From positions 37,572,001 through 37,636,000 of the forward strand of contig NC_135758.1 of assembly GCF_052425735.1 (NCBI RefSeq): a stretch of DNA of 64,000 nt, in the 5' to 3' direction. Under the pieces are notes generated by a model, which ran no database searches, had not been told where the DNA came from, and was given only the letters and a program-made list of their open reading frames with translations. The position numbers were made by a program, and so were the translations under genes. Source of the DNA: Oculina patagonica (lineage: Eukaryota). Position 1 is the first letter of the stretch. The number at the start of each line of letters is the position of its first letter. Positions 10,601-22,723 of the stretch are shown here, piece by piece.

Positions 10601-13600
10601 TACTCTAAATCTACTTTTCGAAATGTAAATAATTTGAATTAAACGATTCCTTGTTCCAACAGAGATGCCATTATTTATGGAACATCTTGCTTCACAAGTG
10701 GCCTGCCCTCAGTGATGAAAGTTTTATCTGAAGCTGTGCTTCAACCCAAATTAACAGACCAAGAGGTATTGATGATATTGCCTTTGATGTTAGATTTGAG
10801 ATTTAGCAACTGGTTGTGTAACTAAACTTTTTCAAGAATCCGTTTGGCTCTAAATAACTGCACATGTGGCAGGTGTGCTGTGTTAACTCATGCTCTTGAT
10901 AACTTCCTTGGTGCACCCCCCTAAATGACTTAGCATTTTAGTATGGGCAACTGACAATGACCTGATAACATATTTCAAGAGCAATAATGAGATATCAGGT
11001 ACCGGTATATTTGAAAATACATTTTGTGTTCAGGGTGACCTTTGCAAGCTGGCCTTGGTCCTGTCCTGCAAATGCCTTAAAAATATTGATTACATTATTA
11101 TTTTGAGAATGAAAACGTAGAGCTGTAGAACCGTAGAGTTTAGAATGAAAACGTAGAGCCGTAGAACCGTAGAGTTTAGAATGAAAACGTAGAGCCGTAG
11201 AACCGTAGAGTGTAGAATGAAAACGTAGAGCCGTAGAACTGTAGAGTTTAGAATGAAAACGTATAGCCGTAGAGTTTAGAATGAAAACGTAGAGCCATAG
11301 AGTTTAGAATGAAAACGTTAGGCTGAGAACCGAGAGTTAGAAGAAAACTTGGCTAGAGCCATAGAGTTTAGAATGAAAACGTTAGGCTGTAGAAGTGTAG
11401 AGTTTAGAATGAAAACGTAGAGCCGTAGAAGCGTAGAGTTTAGAATGAAGACGTAGAGCCGTAGAAGCCTGGAGTTTAGAATGAAAACGTAGAGCCGTAG
11501 AAGTGTACAGTTTCTTTAGAATGAAAACGTAGAGCCGTAGGGCTGTAGAGTTTAGAATGAAAACGTAGAGCCGTAGAAGTGTAGAGTTTAGAAAGAAAAC
11601 GTAGAGCCGTAGAACCGTAGAGTTTAGAATGAAAACGTAGAGCTTTGAAGTGAAGAGTATAGAAAGAAAACGTAAAGCATTGATAACGAAAAGTTTAAAA
11701 TGAAAACGCCTGTACTAATCTACGGCAAAACGCATTTTCAAGAGCTACTGTCTTATCTGTGAGAACTGTACTAAGTAGAAGCGTAGAGCTCTACGAAAAT
11801 CTCTACGCCTATTCGGGCCTCATAAAACATGCCGGGTATATTATTTTGTGCCCTGTAGAGTGATTTTCACTTGAATGAGTGCCAAAAGTAATTGGCATTT
11901 CATTTGGTTTTACATTTCAAGACTTGGTGATCGGTTTAAAAAACCTGTGCCACTTTGTCAACCAGTCAGAAGTAAAACTAAAACCAATCATGATCTGTTC
12001 GCACATGTTTTCCTGCACTTTACTCTGGCTACATGTACTTGCTTGAAGTTTTGATTGGTTCACTAGATTGTCTGTGTCCTTTGTGATTGGCCAGAGAGTG
12101 ATTACTTTGGTTTTGGATTTACAACACTCACTCAAAAATTTCTCTATTTATAATCATTACTTATTACACAACTAGGGCAGTTTAGAGGGCCAACAACTAA
12201 AATATAAGCTGATCAGAGTGTTTTTATTGTCAGTCCATTTAGCAATATTTTCTGAGCATTGGGCCGGTAAAAGATTCCACAGCTCTTTTTCAATCATTAA
12301 GTCATGCACTAAACCTCTTATTAACCGGCCCTGGGTCTTCACTGCATGGCTCTGTCTGTGCTTGAATTGTACGTGCAGGGCCTGATATATTCCCAATATG
12401 GCATCTGCCTTGGTTAAAAGATATTACTTATAGCAACTGATGTTTATTTCTCAGATTGAAGAACAAAAAATGGTAGTCCAATTTGAACTTGAAAACTTGG
12501 AAATGAGACCGGATCCCGAGCCTGTCCTCACAGACATGATACATGCTGTAAGTTACAATGTTGCTGTTACTTTTTCTATTTTTCTTCACAAATTGTGCTG
12601 CATTTTTTACCCCGAAAATTCATGGATGCTACATAACTGTGAAGATCTGACTATCTTTAGTTAAATACCATTTTTCTCAAGATTATTCATTGCTTGGGTC
12701 TGCTTTTGTTTTGCTCAACAGGCAGCTTTTCGTGATAACACTGTTGGCTTGCCCAAGTTGTGTCCACCAGAAAACATAGGAAAATTCAATTCTTCAATTT
12801 TGCTAGACTACATAAAAAGATACTATCAGCCTTCTAGAATGGTTATAGCTGGAGTAAATGTCGACCACCAGCATTTAATAGACCTAACAAAAGACCACTT
12901 TGTTAACAAACCACCTGTGTGGCACAGAGAAGGAGAGGAAACTGAGATCCCAGATAGATCTATTGCGCAGTACACTGGAGGCATTGTCAAGGTACCGTAT
13001 ACATAAGTCTGTATGACACATTTACCAGTAGTTTAAGGTCAGGTTTAGTGTCTAGGACTCCAGAATGAGTTGTCTGGGTTCAGGCCTTGGCAAGGTCATT
13101 ATTTTTTGTTCTTGGGCAAGACACTTTACGATCAAAGTCCTTCTCTCCAACTGTGTGCATAAATAAAATGCTGGGTGGTGAGCCTGTGATGGTCTAGCAT
13201 CCCATCTAGGGCCAAGTTAAAATACTCCTGGTTGCTTCATGCTGAGTGCAGGCCAGATGAGCTACTAGCTTTTACCCTTCAGACTTCAGTACTTCCTAGG
13301 GAAAAGAGTACAAGACTGTCCCTAAATTGTCACAGTCAGGGAAGGAGGCTAAGTATGAACTGTCTGTGTTGGAAGTTATATTCTTGGCTGCATGAGGTGT
13401 ACTCTATTGTAGGAGTATGTGATGATGTGAGCGACTGATTGTGACCGCGCCCGCCTCGCGGGTCTGTTGTCAGCAAAAAGTTGGTGTGCTGGACTCGGGC
13501 GACGGCGACGGGAACCCACTGTGAACGCTCAGTCCAGGCTCGTCCGATGAGGCGTGGTAGGGCGGGACCGGGACCTCGCCGCTGATCTACGACGGGGAGG

Positions 13601-16600
13601 GGGCGAGCAGCGGTGGAAGAAGTGAGTGGGTGGGGAGGATGATGTACGACCCCGGCGGGAGAGGGGGAGGTCCGGCGAACGGAGGGGTAGACGACTGAGA
13701 GGTGTGGGGGGGAGAGGGGAGAGAGGGCGGAGACCCAAGCCGAGGGTCCCGAGGAGGACGGGACGAGTGAGCCTCGCGGGGCGCCGCCCGCTCGCGCGGG
13801 AGGGGGGGGGGGGGGGAGTGGAGACTGGTGGAAATGGGAGGGGGAAGGGAGCGGAGGGGGGGGGAGGGAATGGGGGGCGGGGGGGGGGGGGGGGGGGGGA
13901 CGGGGGGGGGAGGAGGGGAGAGGGAGAGGGAGGAGGAGGAGGGAAAGGACGAAAGAGAGCCCCGCGCGTGGAAGATACGGACCGCGCCTCCAGCACAAAG
14001 GGTAGAGGAAGTCAATCGCTGAAGAAAGGGGAAGAAAAGGATGGTTTTGGGGTTCAGGAAGACGGACGCCCTTGACGAGATGACTCGGAGAGAGGAGAGG
14101 AAGATTTGGAAAATTGAAGAATTTAGGAAAGTGAAAAAGGGGAAGATGGTATGAAAGTAAAGAGTGAAAGAAGACCGCGCGCTCTGCGTGGTCTGAGTAA
14201 AGTTTTGTGAGGGTTTACGTTGATCGTAACAGTATGTTCTAGGCCTTCAGTTAGGAAGCAGTGCAAAAAAGTGGAAGTAGCACAAAGATTGACAAGTCAA
14301 AAAAAAAAAGGCAAGGGGTTTGAGGTATCTCTCCAACTAGCCCTTAATTTTTTTACTTGCCGTTCTTTGTACTGCTCCCCAACTAAAATATGGAGAACTC
14401 CCTCATGTTGTGTACAGTAAATTAAGTAAAGCTTAGCTTCCAAATTTAACATTGGTGAAATGGACATTTTGTGTTTTGCAGGACCACAGAACTGAACCAA
14501 GGATCAACCCTGGCCCCACACCTCTCCCAGATTTAGCCCACCTCTCAATAGGAGTGGAGACATGTCATTATGATGAGCCAGACTTTTTTGCATTCACTGT
14601 TCTCAACACAATGATGGGTGGTGGAGGTTCTTTTTCAGCTGGAGGACCAGGGAAGGGCATGTACTCTCGGCTTTACTTGAATGTTTTAAACAGATATCAT
14701 TGGATTTATGCTGCTACTGCATACCATCATAGCTATTCAGACAGTGGTTTATTCTGCATCCATGGTAGCTCTCACCCCAGTCAAGTGAGTCTATTAACTT
14801 TGTTTTCATTTGAAGGAAAGATAGAATTTTTTTTAATACAGTTGAATCCCGATAACTCGAACCTCCTGCTAACTCCAACTTTTTTTTATTCCCCTCCAAG
14901 TAATTTTCTTACTAATGTTTCCCTTAAGGTTCAAGTTATCGGGGGGATTCAACTGTAATTTAAAAATAGTAATAGTAATGTTCTACAAATGTTCTGTTAC
15001 AAAATAATAAGAAGATTTTTTTTCTCTATGAAATACAAAGACAATGGCTCTTACATTTTGAGGTGTTGCCATTTATGTTGATAGAAAACTTGCAGTTGAA
15101 ATGCTATCTAACAGAAACTTGTTATCCTAATAAAACAGCTTTTAGATTTAATACACTGTATCTTTTTTTTATTCTGAGACAACAATTTCTTTCCATTTGT
15201 ATTATTTCCAGTTGCGTGATCTCATGCAAGTGATTGTCAAGGAATACTTTGCTCTCGTCAATGGTCCAATAAATGAGGTTTGTTGTTTGTTGTAAATAGT
15301 AACATATCTCCACAGGGATAGACATCTCTTAGCCCCTACCCACTAGGCTACTATTGTTTTAAATTTACAAGCCCACATTTACTTGGCCTCTTGTGCAGAC
15401 CTTTTTCTTTGACTTGTTACACAAACTGTCCTCTTGGGAAATTGTTTGACAAGCCAAATCTTTACCTGTATTGCGTCTATGATGGACACTGACATCAATC
15501 ATGTAGAACAACGTATCCACACCTAGGTGGGAAATTTGCTTCTTATGTTTCAGCCTGCAGCCTCGTGTCGACGTCCTTGGCTTCTTTATGGCCTGCCCCA
15601 TGCAACTATTATAAACACACTTGTAAGTGAATTAGTGATCACGTACTACATAGAGTAGTTTTCACTTAAGTGTCGAAAGTAATTCATGTTTGTTTGTTTG
15701 CATAACTATGCTCAGTGACTGGTTTAAAACTCTCATGCCACTTTCTCAGCCAATCAGAAAAACCAAAACCAATTGTGACTTGCTTACACACGTTTTTCCC
15801 GCACTTCGTGCTGGCTACATGTATTTGCTTTGAGTCTTGATTGGTTCACTGGATTGTCTATGTCCTTTGTGACTGGCCAGAGTTATTACTTTGGTTTTGG
15901 TTTTGTGACACTCAATTGAAAACTGCTCTAATGTCTGCGTTGCAGCCTTCTTATCTAGTATTGATTGTTTTCAGGTTGAGGTAGCAAGGGCTAAAAAACA
16001 GCTCCAATCTATGTTGATGATGAATCTAGAATCAAGAGTTATTGTGTTTGAGGACATAGGAAGGTAATCCATGTTATTTGCTTTTATTAACTGCTCATAT
16101 TTGACATGTTGGAGGTACAGTGGTACAGTCATGGTTAATGCACCTGGCTTATAAATGTAAATATTGTTGTTCAATTTAACTTTTGGTACAATCTGATATT
16201 TTCCTCTGTTTTATATTCATTTTCATAATTGTATTACCACACACCAGAGCAAAGGAAATTACCAATTTGTACCAAGGGTAAAATTGAACCACAACATTCA
16301 CACTTAAAGTGAAAACACGTACGAGGGGGAATTATTAAGATTCTGTTTGAGATGTGATTGGATGTCTTATTCCAATGTCCCAGCAAAGTGTTGAGGTGAT
16401 CTGACAAATTGCCTTGCTTACCTACTTTTATCATATGTGTTATCATCTCTGCAAATGATGCAGAAGCCAGGAGAAAATGGCAACACAAAAATATAGATTA
16501 CAAATATGGCATTAACAAGAAAAAATGAACATTTTGTACTACTCTAGCTAATGGGTGAATGAAACGAATATGCTGATAGAATGAATCAGAAATTTTTCTG

Positions 16601-17377
16601 ATTAATTTAGCTAAAAGAAAATCCAGTTTTTAACAAGCTAAAGTATCTGCATAGCCTTTTTCCCTTCACCCAACGCTAAAAGCAACAACTATAACAAAGA
16701 CTGCTGAATTTAGGGCTACTTGAACCTTAGAGGTGTCTTCTCGTAAGTGACTATAATTTAACTTTCTGTTTTTCTTTATAAAGGCAAGTTCTTGGGCTCC
16801 ACAAAAGGAAATCTGCTCAGGAACTATTTCAGAGCATTGGTAAGAATTCGACATCATTTAGTAACCTGATATTACACGTATTCTTCTCTGTTGTGCGTGT
16901 CGAAAAGACATTTGTCTTCATTTTTAATGGCACATTTGTTATCTTAGTAATGTAAAGGTGATATGTAAACAAATCGTTCATAAAGTACTCCTTGGAGTCA
17001 GAAGTGTCCCCGTTTGGGCTCTGACGTAAGAAAATTTAATTAAATATATAAAACGCTGTAAGATCTCCAAACGGCCTTATCTACCTTTTGTGGTTTAAAT
17101 TTATTTTTGGTTTAAAATAGTATGCTACCACAACAATATCTTTCCTTTTATAATATCACACACATGGCATTTATCAATTGCTTCATTTTTTCTTCCTCCA
17201 GAAAACGTGACAGTCGATGATATAAAACGCGTCAGTACCCGGATGTTAGCGTCCAAGCCCTCCGTCGCAGCACTTGGTAACCTGGCCAACCTACCCAAAT
17301 TTGAAGAGGTTGAACGCGCGTTTAGTAATCGCGGCAACTTCAGCGGAGCATCTCGCTTTTTCCTTTTTAGGAATTGA
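7629..17377 (+). CDS. PMPCA: Mitochondrial-processing peptidase subunit alpha, 11 exons, about 531 aa
   Basis: Exons 7629-7905, 9402-9481, 9618-9700, 10663-10765, 12455-12547, 12722-12991, 14482-14784, 15212-15277, 15975-16063, 16784-16839, 17202-17377 (1596 nt, phase-consistent). Arg-rich mitochondrial presequence, [11 protein letters not shown], degenerate zinc motif HLLEKLAF, and the alpha-MPP glycine-rich loop [20 protein letters not shown]. Confidence 0.96.
8997..9171. mobile_element. hAT5-like MITE
   Basis: CAGTGACAGATC / GATCCGCCACTG termini with 5-bp TSD ACTGG. Confidence 0.65.
9751..10050 (+). mobile_element. tRNA-derived SINE (family A), near full length; a degraded copy follows at about 10065-10240
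   Basis: A box TGGCCTAATGG, B box GGTTCGAGGCC, family core, and (ACTTT)n tail. Confidence 0.88.
11105..11710. repeat. Minisatellite, ~36-bp unit GTAGAGTTTAGAATGAAAACGTAGAGCCGTAGAACC (roughly 17 copies), in PMPCA intron 4
   Basis: Directly visible tandem units, with 27-bp variants lacking one 9-bp subunit. Confidence 0.95.
13030..13280 (+). mobile_element. Degraded SINE (family A)
   Basis: Contains TGTTCTTGGGCAAGACACTTTAC and GATGGTCTAGCATCCCATC. Confidence 0.7.
13440..14200. other. G/purine-rich low-complexity island in PMPCA intron 6, possible assembly artefact
   Basis: Abrupt switch from AT-rich intron to GC-rich, then poly-G and GA-rich sequence. The overlapping poly-Pro/Gly ORFs follow from composition. 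Confidence 0.6.
14839..14955. mobile_element. Tc1/mariner (pogo/Tigger-like) MITE
   Basis: TA-CAGTTGAATCCC ... GGGATTCAACTG-TA. Confidence 0.75.
15651..15930. mobile_element. Dispersed MITE with TAGAG..GTTTTCA termini; related copy at about 11856-12146
   Basis: TAGAGTAGTTTTCA ... TGAAAACTGCTCTA. The internal sequence (TTGATTGGTTCACT.GATTGTCT...TTACTTTGGTTTTGG) is shared by the two copies. Confidence 0.7.
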
Positions 17378-17717
17378 TGGCGCGAAAAGCGTTACTTTCT
17401 AACCACCATTTCAACTCACCACTTCATGCAATCAAGCAATCAAATATCCACGCACCATGTAGAATGATGAACAACAATTTCCGGTCGCTGGTTGTAAACA
17501 TGGTGGGAACATTTCAAAAAGTAACAGAACAACACCTGACATTCAATTTTCTAAAACGTACTTTTTTGCGAATTTTCACATCAGCTCGTAAATGGACAGT
17601 GGAGAGAATTATGCATGAAATGCGAGTTTTAAAAGCAGACAAGAAGAAGACATTACTCTTTTTCCCAGAGTGTCACTATATTTTAAGAGTTGTCGATCCT
17701 GTTTATATCTCACAACT

Positions 17718-17950
17718 GAGGCCCTGCCAGGGGGGTGGGGATCCCGTGTCGTTTGTCTAAATTTAAAAATGTCCCGTGTCGCTTATCGCACTTCACGTCG
17801 CTGTCGGTAGTAAAATTGAAGGAAAATTGCTTGTCGTTGTCGGAATTTAAGTTTTTGCCAAAAAAGTCGACGTTTGTCGCGATTTTATTTTATGTGCTGT
17901 CGCTACTTTTTTGGCCATGTCACTTGTCGGAATTTACCCTGGCAGGGCCT
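17718..17950. mobile_element. MITE with 8-bp TSD downstream of PMPCA
   Basis: AGGCCCTGCCAGGG / CCCTGGCAGGGCCT inverted ends flanked by TCACAACT on both sides; internal TGTCG repeats. Confidence 0.7.
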
Positions 17951-20894
17951 TCACAACTTGTGTGAGAAATTATGTGTAGATATCATGAGAAGAAATTAGC
18001 CACTGAACACTGCTCTCTGTGCCCTCTCGTTTCTTTTGCTTGTTCTCCTGCAACCTTAACGCCTGGAAATGACAAGCAATCCTCACAATGTTATAAAATC
18101 GCTTCAGGATTTTTATCTGTTTGAACCAATACGTGTACAGTATTTGTTTTCTGATCAGAATGTTAATGCTTTTGATAGAATAAGCTAATCAACGTGTATC
18201 CTGCGACCAGGCCTCATTTGCTCTTGATCGCCAGTTAACAGACAAGATAATGTTATTAAATTTATTATAACAAGACGGTTTCACTTCAGTTTTTAATGGA
18301 AGATACTGTTCTTTTTTAATTGTTAACGTAGTTACAAACCCTGTTATGGCAGTGAAACGTTACCTGCCGTTGCCCTACACTAACTGACTTGTCCCCAAGC
18401 GCCAATCGGCCAGTTGGTTAAGGCGGGAAAGTCCCACTATGCCAGGCGAACCATGCACGAGCAAGGAGGTGCTTGCCACAGGGTAGGAAATTTCGAAGGG
18501 CGGTTGGGGGAGGGAGGGGGGGTGGGTAGTTCGAGGTCAATGAAAAGTCAGGAAATTCAGTATCTGTTATGAGAAATTCTAAATTTTTGTGGAGAATGTT
18601 AAGTCTGCGTCGAGCCAAGTGTCATACCGCTGGAGCTTATCCCGTGTTTTGTAGCATTAAAATTGGTTAACTCGGAGGTGATTAGCAAAGTACTATTCAC
18701 CTCCGAGCAGCTAAAGAGAAACAAACTGCCTTCGTGCGTCGCTTTGTTTACCGAAAGTGATGTTTGGTCCGCTGATTATTCAACTTGTGTTCACCTTAGT
18801 GTCGGTGAATGTGGTGGATATTTACCGAGCCGCGAACTATTCACCTCCACTTCGTTGAATAATTGTTAATTATATATACTCCTCTCAGCATAACTTCGCT
18901 GGTATCCATTTATACACCTGGGTGAAGAGAGGCACCATGAAACACAACAACCCCGGCAAGGGCTCGAACCCCCGGGGGAACTCCTATATGAAAGGGGAGG
19001 GGATGCTCGTCGGATATTTTAAAAAGAAACCCTAAAAGAGACCAAGCTGGATGTGGCTCAAGCCTTTCTTAACCCATAAAAAAATAAATAAATAAAAATA
19101 GAATTTATATCTTTTCTTCGCGTGCAGCCCTAAACGAGACCTTGACGGCAAAAAATATTGGCGTTTTGCACGGAACACCCTAAGCGAGACCAAAAATCCG
19201 AAATTTACACCCCTATGGAGTTCCTATGGCTTTGTGGGAGTCTTGAATAAGTCGTTCGTAAGGTGTAGAAATTGCTGGCATCGGTTTAGTCATGTTTAAG
19301 TCCTCTTGCGGTAGCCGTTGAAAGTAGTTTTTTTTCTGAATGATTCTGAACTCATTCAACGGCTTATGCTAGAAACTATCTCTGAAAGCTGGATAATATA
19401 TAGATTTAGGCAAGCCTAAAAGCGGAGCTCCCCTTTCATTTGTTGAAACTGCCAAATTCGAACGAGCAGGGAATAAAAACGAAATACGTTGTCATAAATA
19501 GTATTGTATTGATCGAAAATGATTTAATAAATGCGAATTCATCGGTAAGAAAGAGTGAATTTCTTTACCGTTTTGCGATAACGGAGAGTAATTAAAGGAT
19601 TCCTATCATATAGTAAATTTTACTAAAGAAACTACGGTCGTCAACTATATATATGAATGAAATCTCATGTCAACTGGAGTGAACAAATGATCCTTGCCGA
19701 TTGTAAAGAAATCTAAACAAAATAAGAGCTTTGAAGGAATTTTAATCTATGACCTCCAAGTCTGCGTCGAGCCAAGTGGCCCATACCGCTGGAGCGTATC
19801 CCGGTTTCTACAGCATGAGCGGTATTTCTATTCCTCCCTGGATAGGATCCTAGTCAATCGCAGGGTTCAAGGCCTCCAGCATTAGTTCGCCGGTACCCAA
19901 TTAGGTACGCACCAGTTTCTTGCAAGAATCGGAATTCGAGTTATCGGGGTAAATTTAACCCAAGTTTTGATCAAGGGAAACGAAATTTAGTTCGAGTTAG
20001 CGGGCTTTTCGAGTTATCCGAGATGGAGTTAACCGAGTTAAAATGACTGAAAAGTGGGGTCAAATCCAAGGGAAATGAAAGTTTAATAGTTTGTGTTAGC
20101 GGGGTTGTTCGAGTTATCCGAGTTCGAGTTACCGTGGTTCTACTGTAGTAAAATCAGCTTTGTAAAATTTGAATTTTCTAGGGCTTACTAAATATCTTTA
20201 AAGAGACAACAATCCAAATAGAAATCGTTGCTTCGTAAACGAAATTTGGCCCAATATCACTGACGAGGAAGACAAGGCCTTGTTATAAACGATAAACACA
20301 CAACACTGTACAATTTAGTGCTTTTAATGGTCTTTAACGGTTGTTGCCGTTATCTTAATTGCACACTTTTCTTTAGCAACACTCAACTGTCATTTCATAA
20401 GAGTCAAGATAAAGAGTTTAAATTCTTTTCAATTCACGGTGAAGGACGAAGAATATGATGAACTAAAATCAGTTGGATTTGAATAGTTCTGCGTTGTCCT
20501 TTGGTACTTGACAATTACAAACTGTTAGCGCCAAAATAATATAATAAAAAGCAAACAGAAAAAATTATAAAAGTTCTTTCACGAAGTATAACAGAAGACG
20601 ATGAAAAAACGTCGGGCATACTAAGTGTCACAATTTATCTTGAGTTTAAAAAACGACAGATTTCTAGTCATGGCACACAAAAGAAAATGCTTATGGTATG
20701 AACTGCCATTACATGTATAAACAAGCTGCCCCTGCCTGGGAAAAGATTTTTTAAAAGGTCAAAAATAAAAATAGCGAAATAAAGGAGTATAGATTTTTCA
20801 AATCCTACAGTGGACTGTAAATTAACAATTAAATTTTAATGGCCTGTCTGGATAGAAATTCTTATTTCAATTGAAATAACAAGCATACCAATTA

Positions 20895-22053
20895 CAGTGC
20901 GAATACTCGAACCGGGACAGTTGGAACAAAGTTAACCAATGACAACGTTAATTGAGAACAAAGGATGTCGACCTTTTTCGTTAACAGACCAATGACGTTC
21001 AAGAACGCAAACAATAGATTTACAGAAAAATTGAAAACTCAACAACGTTGCAAATAGTTGCGGACCTCTCAGGAAACTCGCCTTGTTTTGATTGGTTAGT
21101 TTCGATCCTTAATTTTCAAGAGGTCGTAGATAGAGATCGTAGATAGACAAAGTTAGACAAGTTATACAAGATGTATGTTACAATATCATCTCGCGAAAAG
21201 TTTACAAATCAAACTACGAACCGTGAATTTTCTCTCACGGCCAGGAGTTGTGAATTGAATATTCCACACTGTGTTTGAAAAATTCACTCCGGAAATAAAA
21301 TGAAGACTGTGAATCAAATTCACGCCGTATTTTTTCATTCGCCAGCCATGCTTGCTGTCGCCTGAAATCGATGCGAGTCACTTCCCGCCATGTTACAATG
21401 CTTTTACACCTTCGTATGATGCGAAGAATACTTATTCGTCGTCAATGCCTTACTTCCACAGACCACTACTTTTGACACGATGAGGCCGAAATGTAAACAT
21501 CAGGTAATTTTTTTTGCTCACGGACTCATTTTCTTTATACTGTTACATTTGTACTCACGGTTTCTAGAGGAGTTTTTTTGTGAGTTATTTTTGTGGTTTT
21601 TTCGACAGGTAGTATATGCTTCAAGCGGCGAAGTTGCCCAATGAGTAGTTGTCGTTGGGATTTTCGTCAGAAATCGAGTTTTGATGTTAGTTCCTTTCTT
21701 CTGCTCATGCGAATGACACTCGACGGATAGGCACTTGAGACGTTTAACATATCCCGTTTCGCGTCTCGCGCTTGTCGTGAATAAAAGCGTCTTCGTTTTT
21801 TTTTCCCGAAGAGTTAGTTTTGAGTTTTCAGCTGAAAGCCAATTTTGTTGTTTTGAGCGGTCGGGTCGGTGAGTAGTGAAGGTCGTCCATAAGGGTTTTA
21901 GAGGTCCGACTTTTCAAGTTTTGACTTTTTTTTTTGAAATCTTTGTTTGCGGTCTTGACGTTATTGTCCTTTCTAAAAAAGGTCGCATTCTTTTTCTCAT
22001 TAGCGTTGTGATTGTTCTTTGTTCCAACTGTCCCGGTTCGAGTATTCGCACTG
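20895..22053. mobile_element. Long-TIR Tc1/mariner-type non-autonomous (foldback) element
   Basis: TA-CAGTGCGAATACTCGAACCGGGACAGTTGGAACAAAG (37 bp) is perfectly inverted at 22017-22053, followed by TA. Gapped inverted similarity continues inward for more than 200 bp. Confidence 0.75.
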
Positions 22054-22327
22054 TAAAACTTAGAGGTATCTTTTTAAACGAAGACGGTTTTTTCTTTTCT
22101 TTCTTACCTTGACTATAACACAGGTTTCGTATTAAGCAAGGAAAATCAACAGTCACACCACAAGGCAACTTAATAGTGTTTTTAAAAGTGTCTTTTTTAT
22201 GATGGAAGTTCTTAGCGTGATTAGCACTGAGCAGTACTCGCCTAGCCTGACCAAGCTATATCAACTGAGCCAACCAAGATTCGAGATCTTGGTTCTCAGG
22301 GGTCAAACACACAGTTCTGTGGCCCTT

Positions 22328-22723
22328 TCACACGTTAACCAGATAGTTTCCGGCCACCCACGAGATGTCAAGTCCTTTTGCTATTTTTAGGATACTATTT
22401 GCAGCATAGTAGAACTTCTGGAGGCCACTGCACCTGAATCGCTCTTGGTATGGTGTCTGGCTCTTGTCATGCAACACAAAGAACAGTACATTGTCCTGTG
22501 TTCCATACTGCAACCTGGAATTTATGGTCAGCTTCTGCGGTATGTCATATCCGCCCTGAATGTACACTGGCACACTGTTGCCACTGCTAGTGGCGTAATC
22601 GCATAGGACATAGTTTTGGCTTCTGTCTCCACCAAATCCAATGAATGATCCTTGCTTCCAGTTAACAGTGACAGTTTCTCCCCTACTCCTAAGCGTCAGA
22701 GTTTCGCCTCTCAAAGAACCCAT
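22328..22723 (-). CDS. Uncharacterised 131-aa protein, single coding exon
   Basis: Uninterrupted ATG-to-stop ORF with coding-like composition and context ACAATGG. Splice acceptor (polypyrimidine tract + TAG) 12 nt upstream at 22736-22737. Candidate 5'UTR donor AAG/GTATGG at 24507. Confidence 0.75.
   Translation of the reverse strand: MGSLRGETLTLRSRGETVTVNWKQGSFIGFGGDRSQNYVLCDYATSSGNSVPVYIQGGYDIPQKLTINSRLQYGTQDNVLFFVLHDKSQTPYQERFRCSGLQKFYYAANSILKIAKGLDISWVAGNYLVNV

Noticed and set aside
11105-11710. CRISPR-like array (36-bp periodicity)
   Set aside because: Units are head-to-tail with no unique spacers, lie in a eukaryotic intron, and have no cas genes nearby.
13336-14075. Pro-rich and Gly-rich ORFs of 142-220 aa
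   Set aside because: Open in nearly all frames on both strands because G/C runs lack stop codons; no splice context; inside a PMPCA intron.
20259-20300. Hammerhead core CTGACGA
   Set aside because: No properly placed stem II and GAAA follow it.
21500-22168. Apparent decayed minus-strand gene sharing FLERT and FTTHR words with the ORF at 39379-39693
   Set aside because: This stretch is the degraded right arm of the 20895-22053 inverted-repeat element, so the peptide matches are probably chance and compositional.
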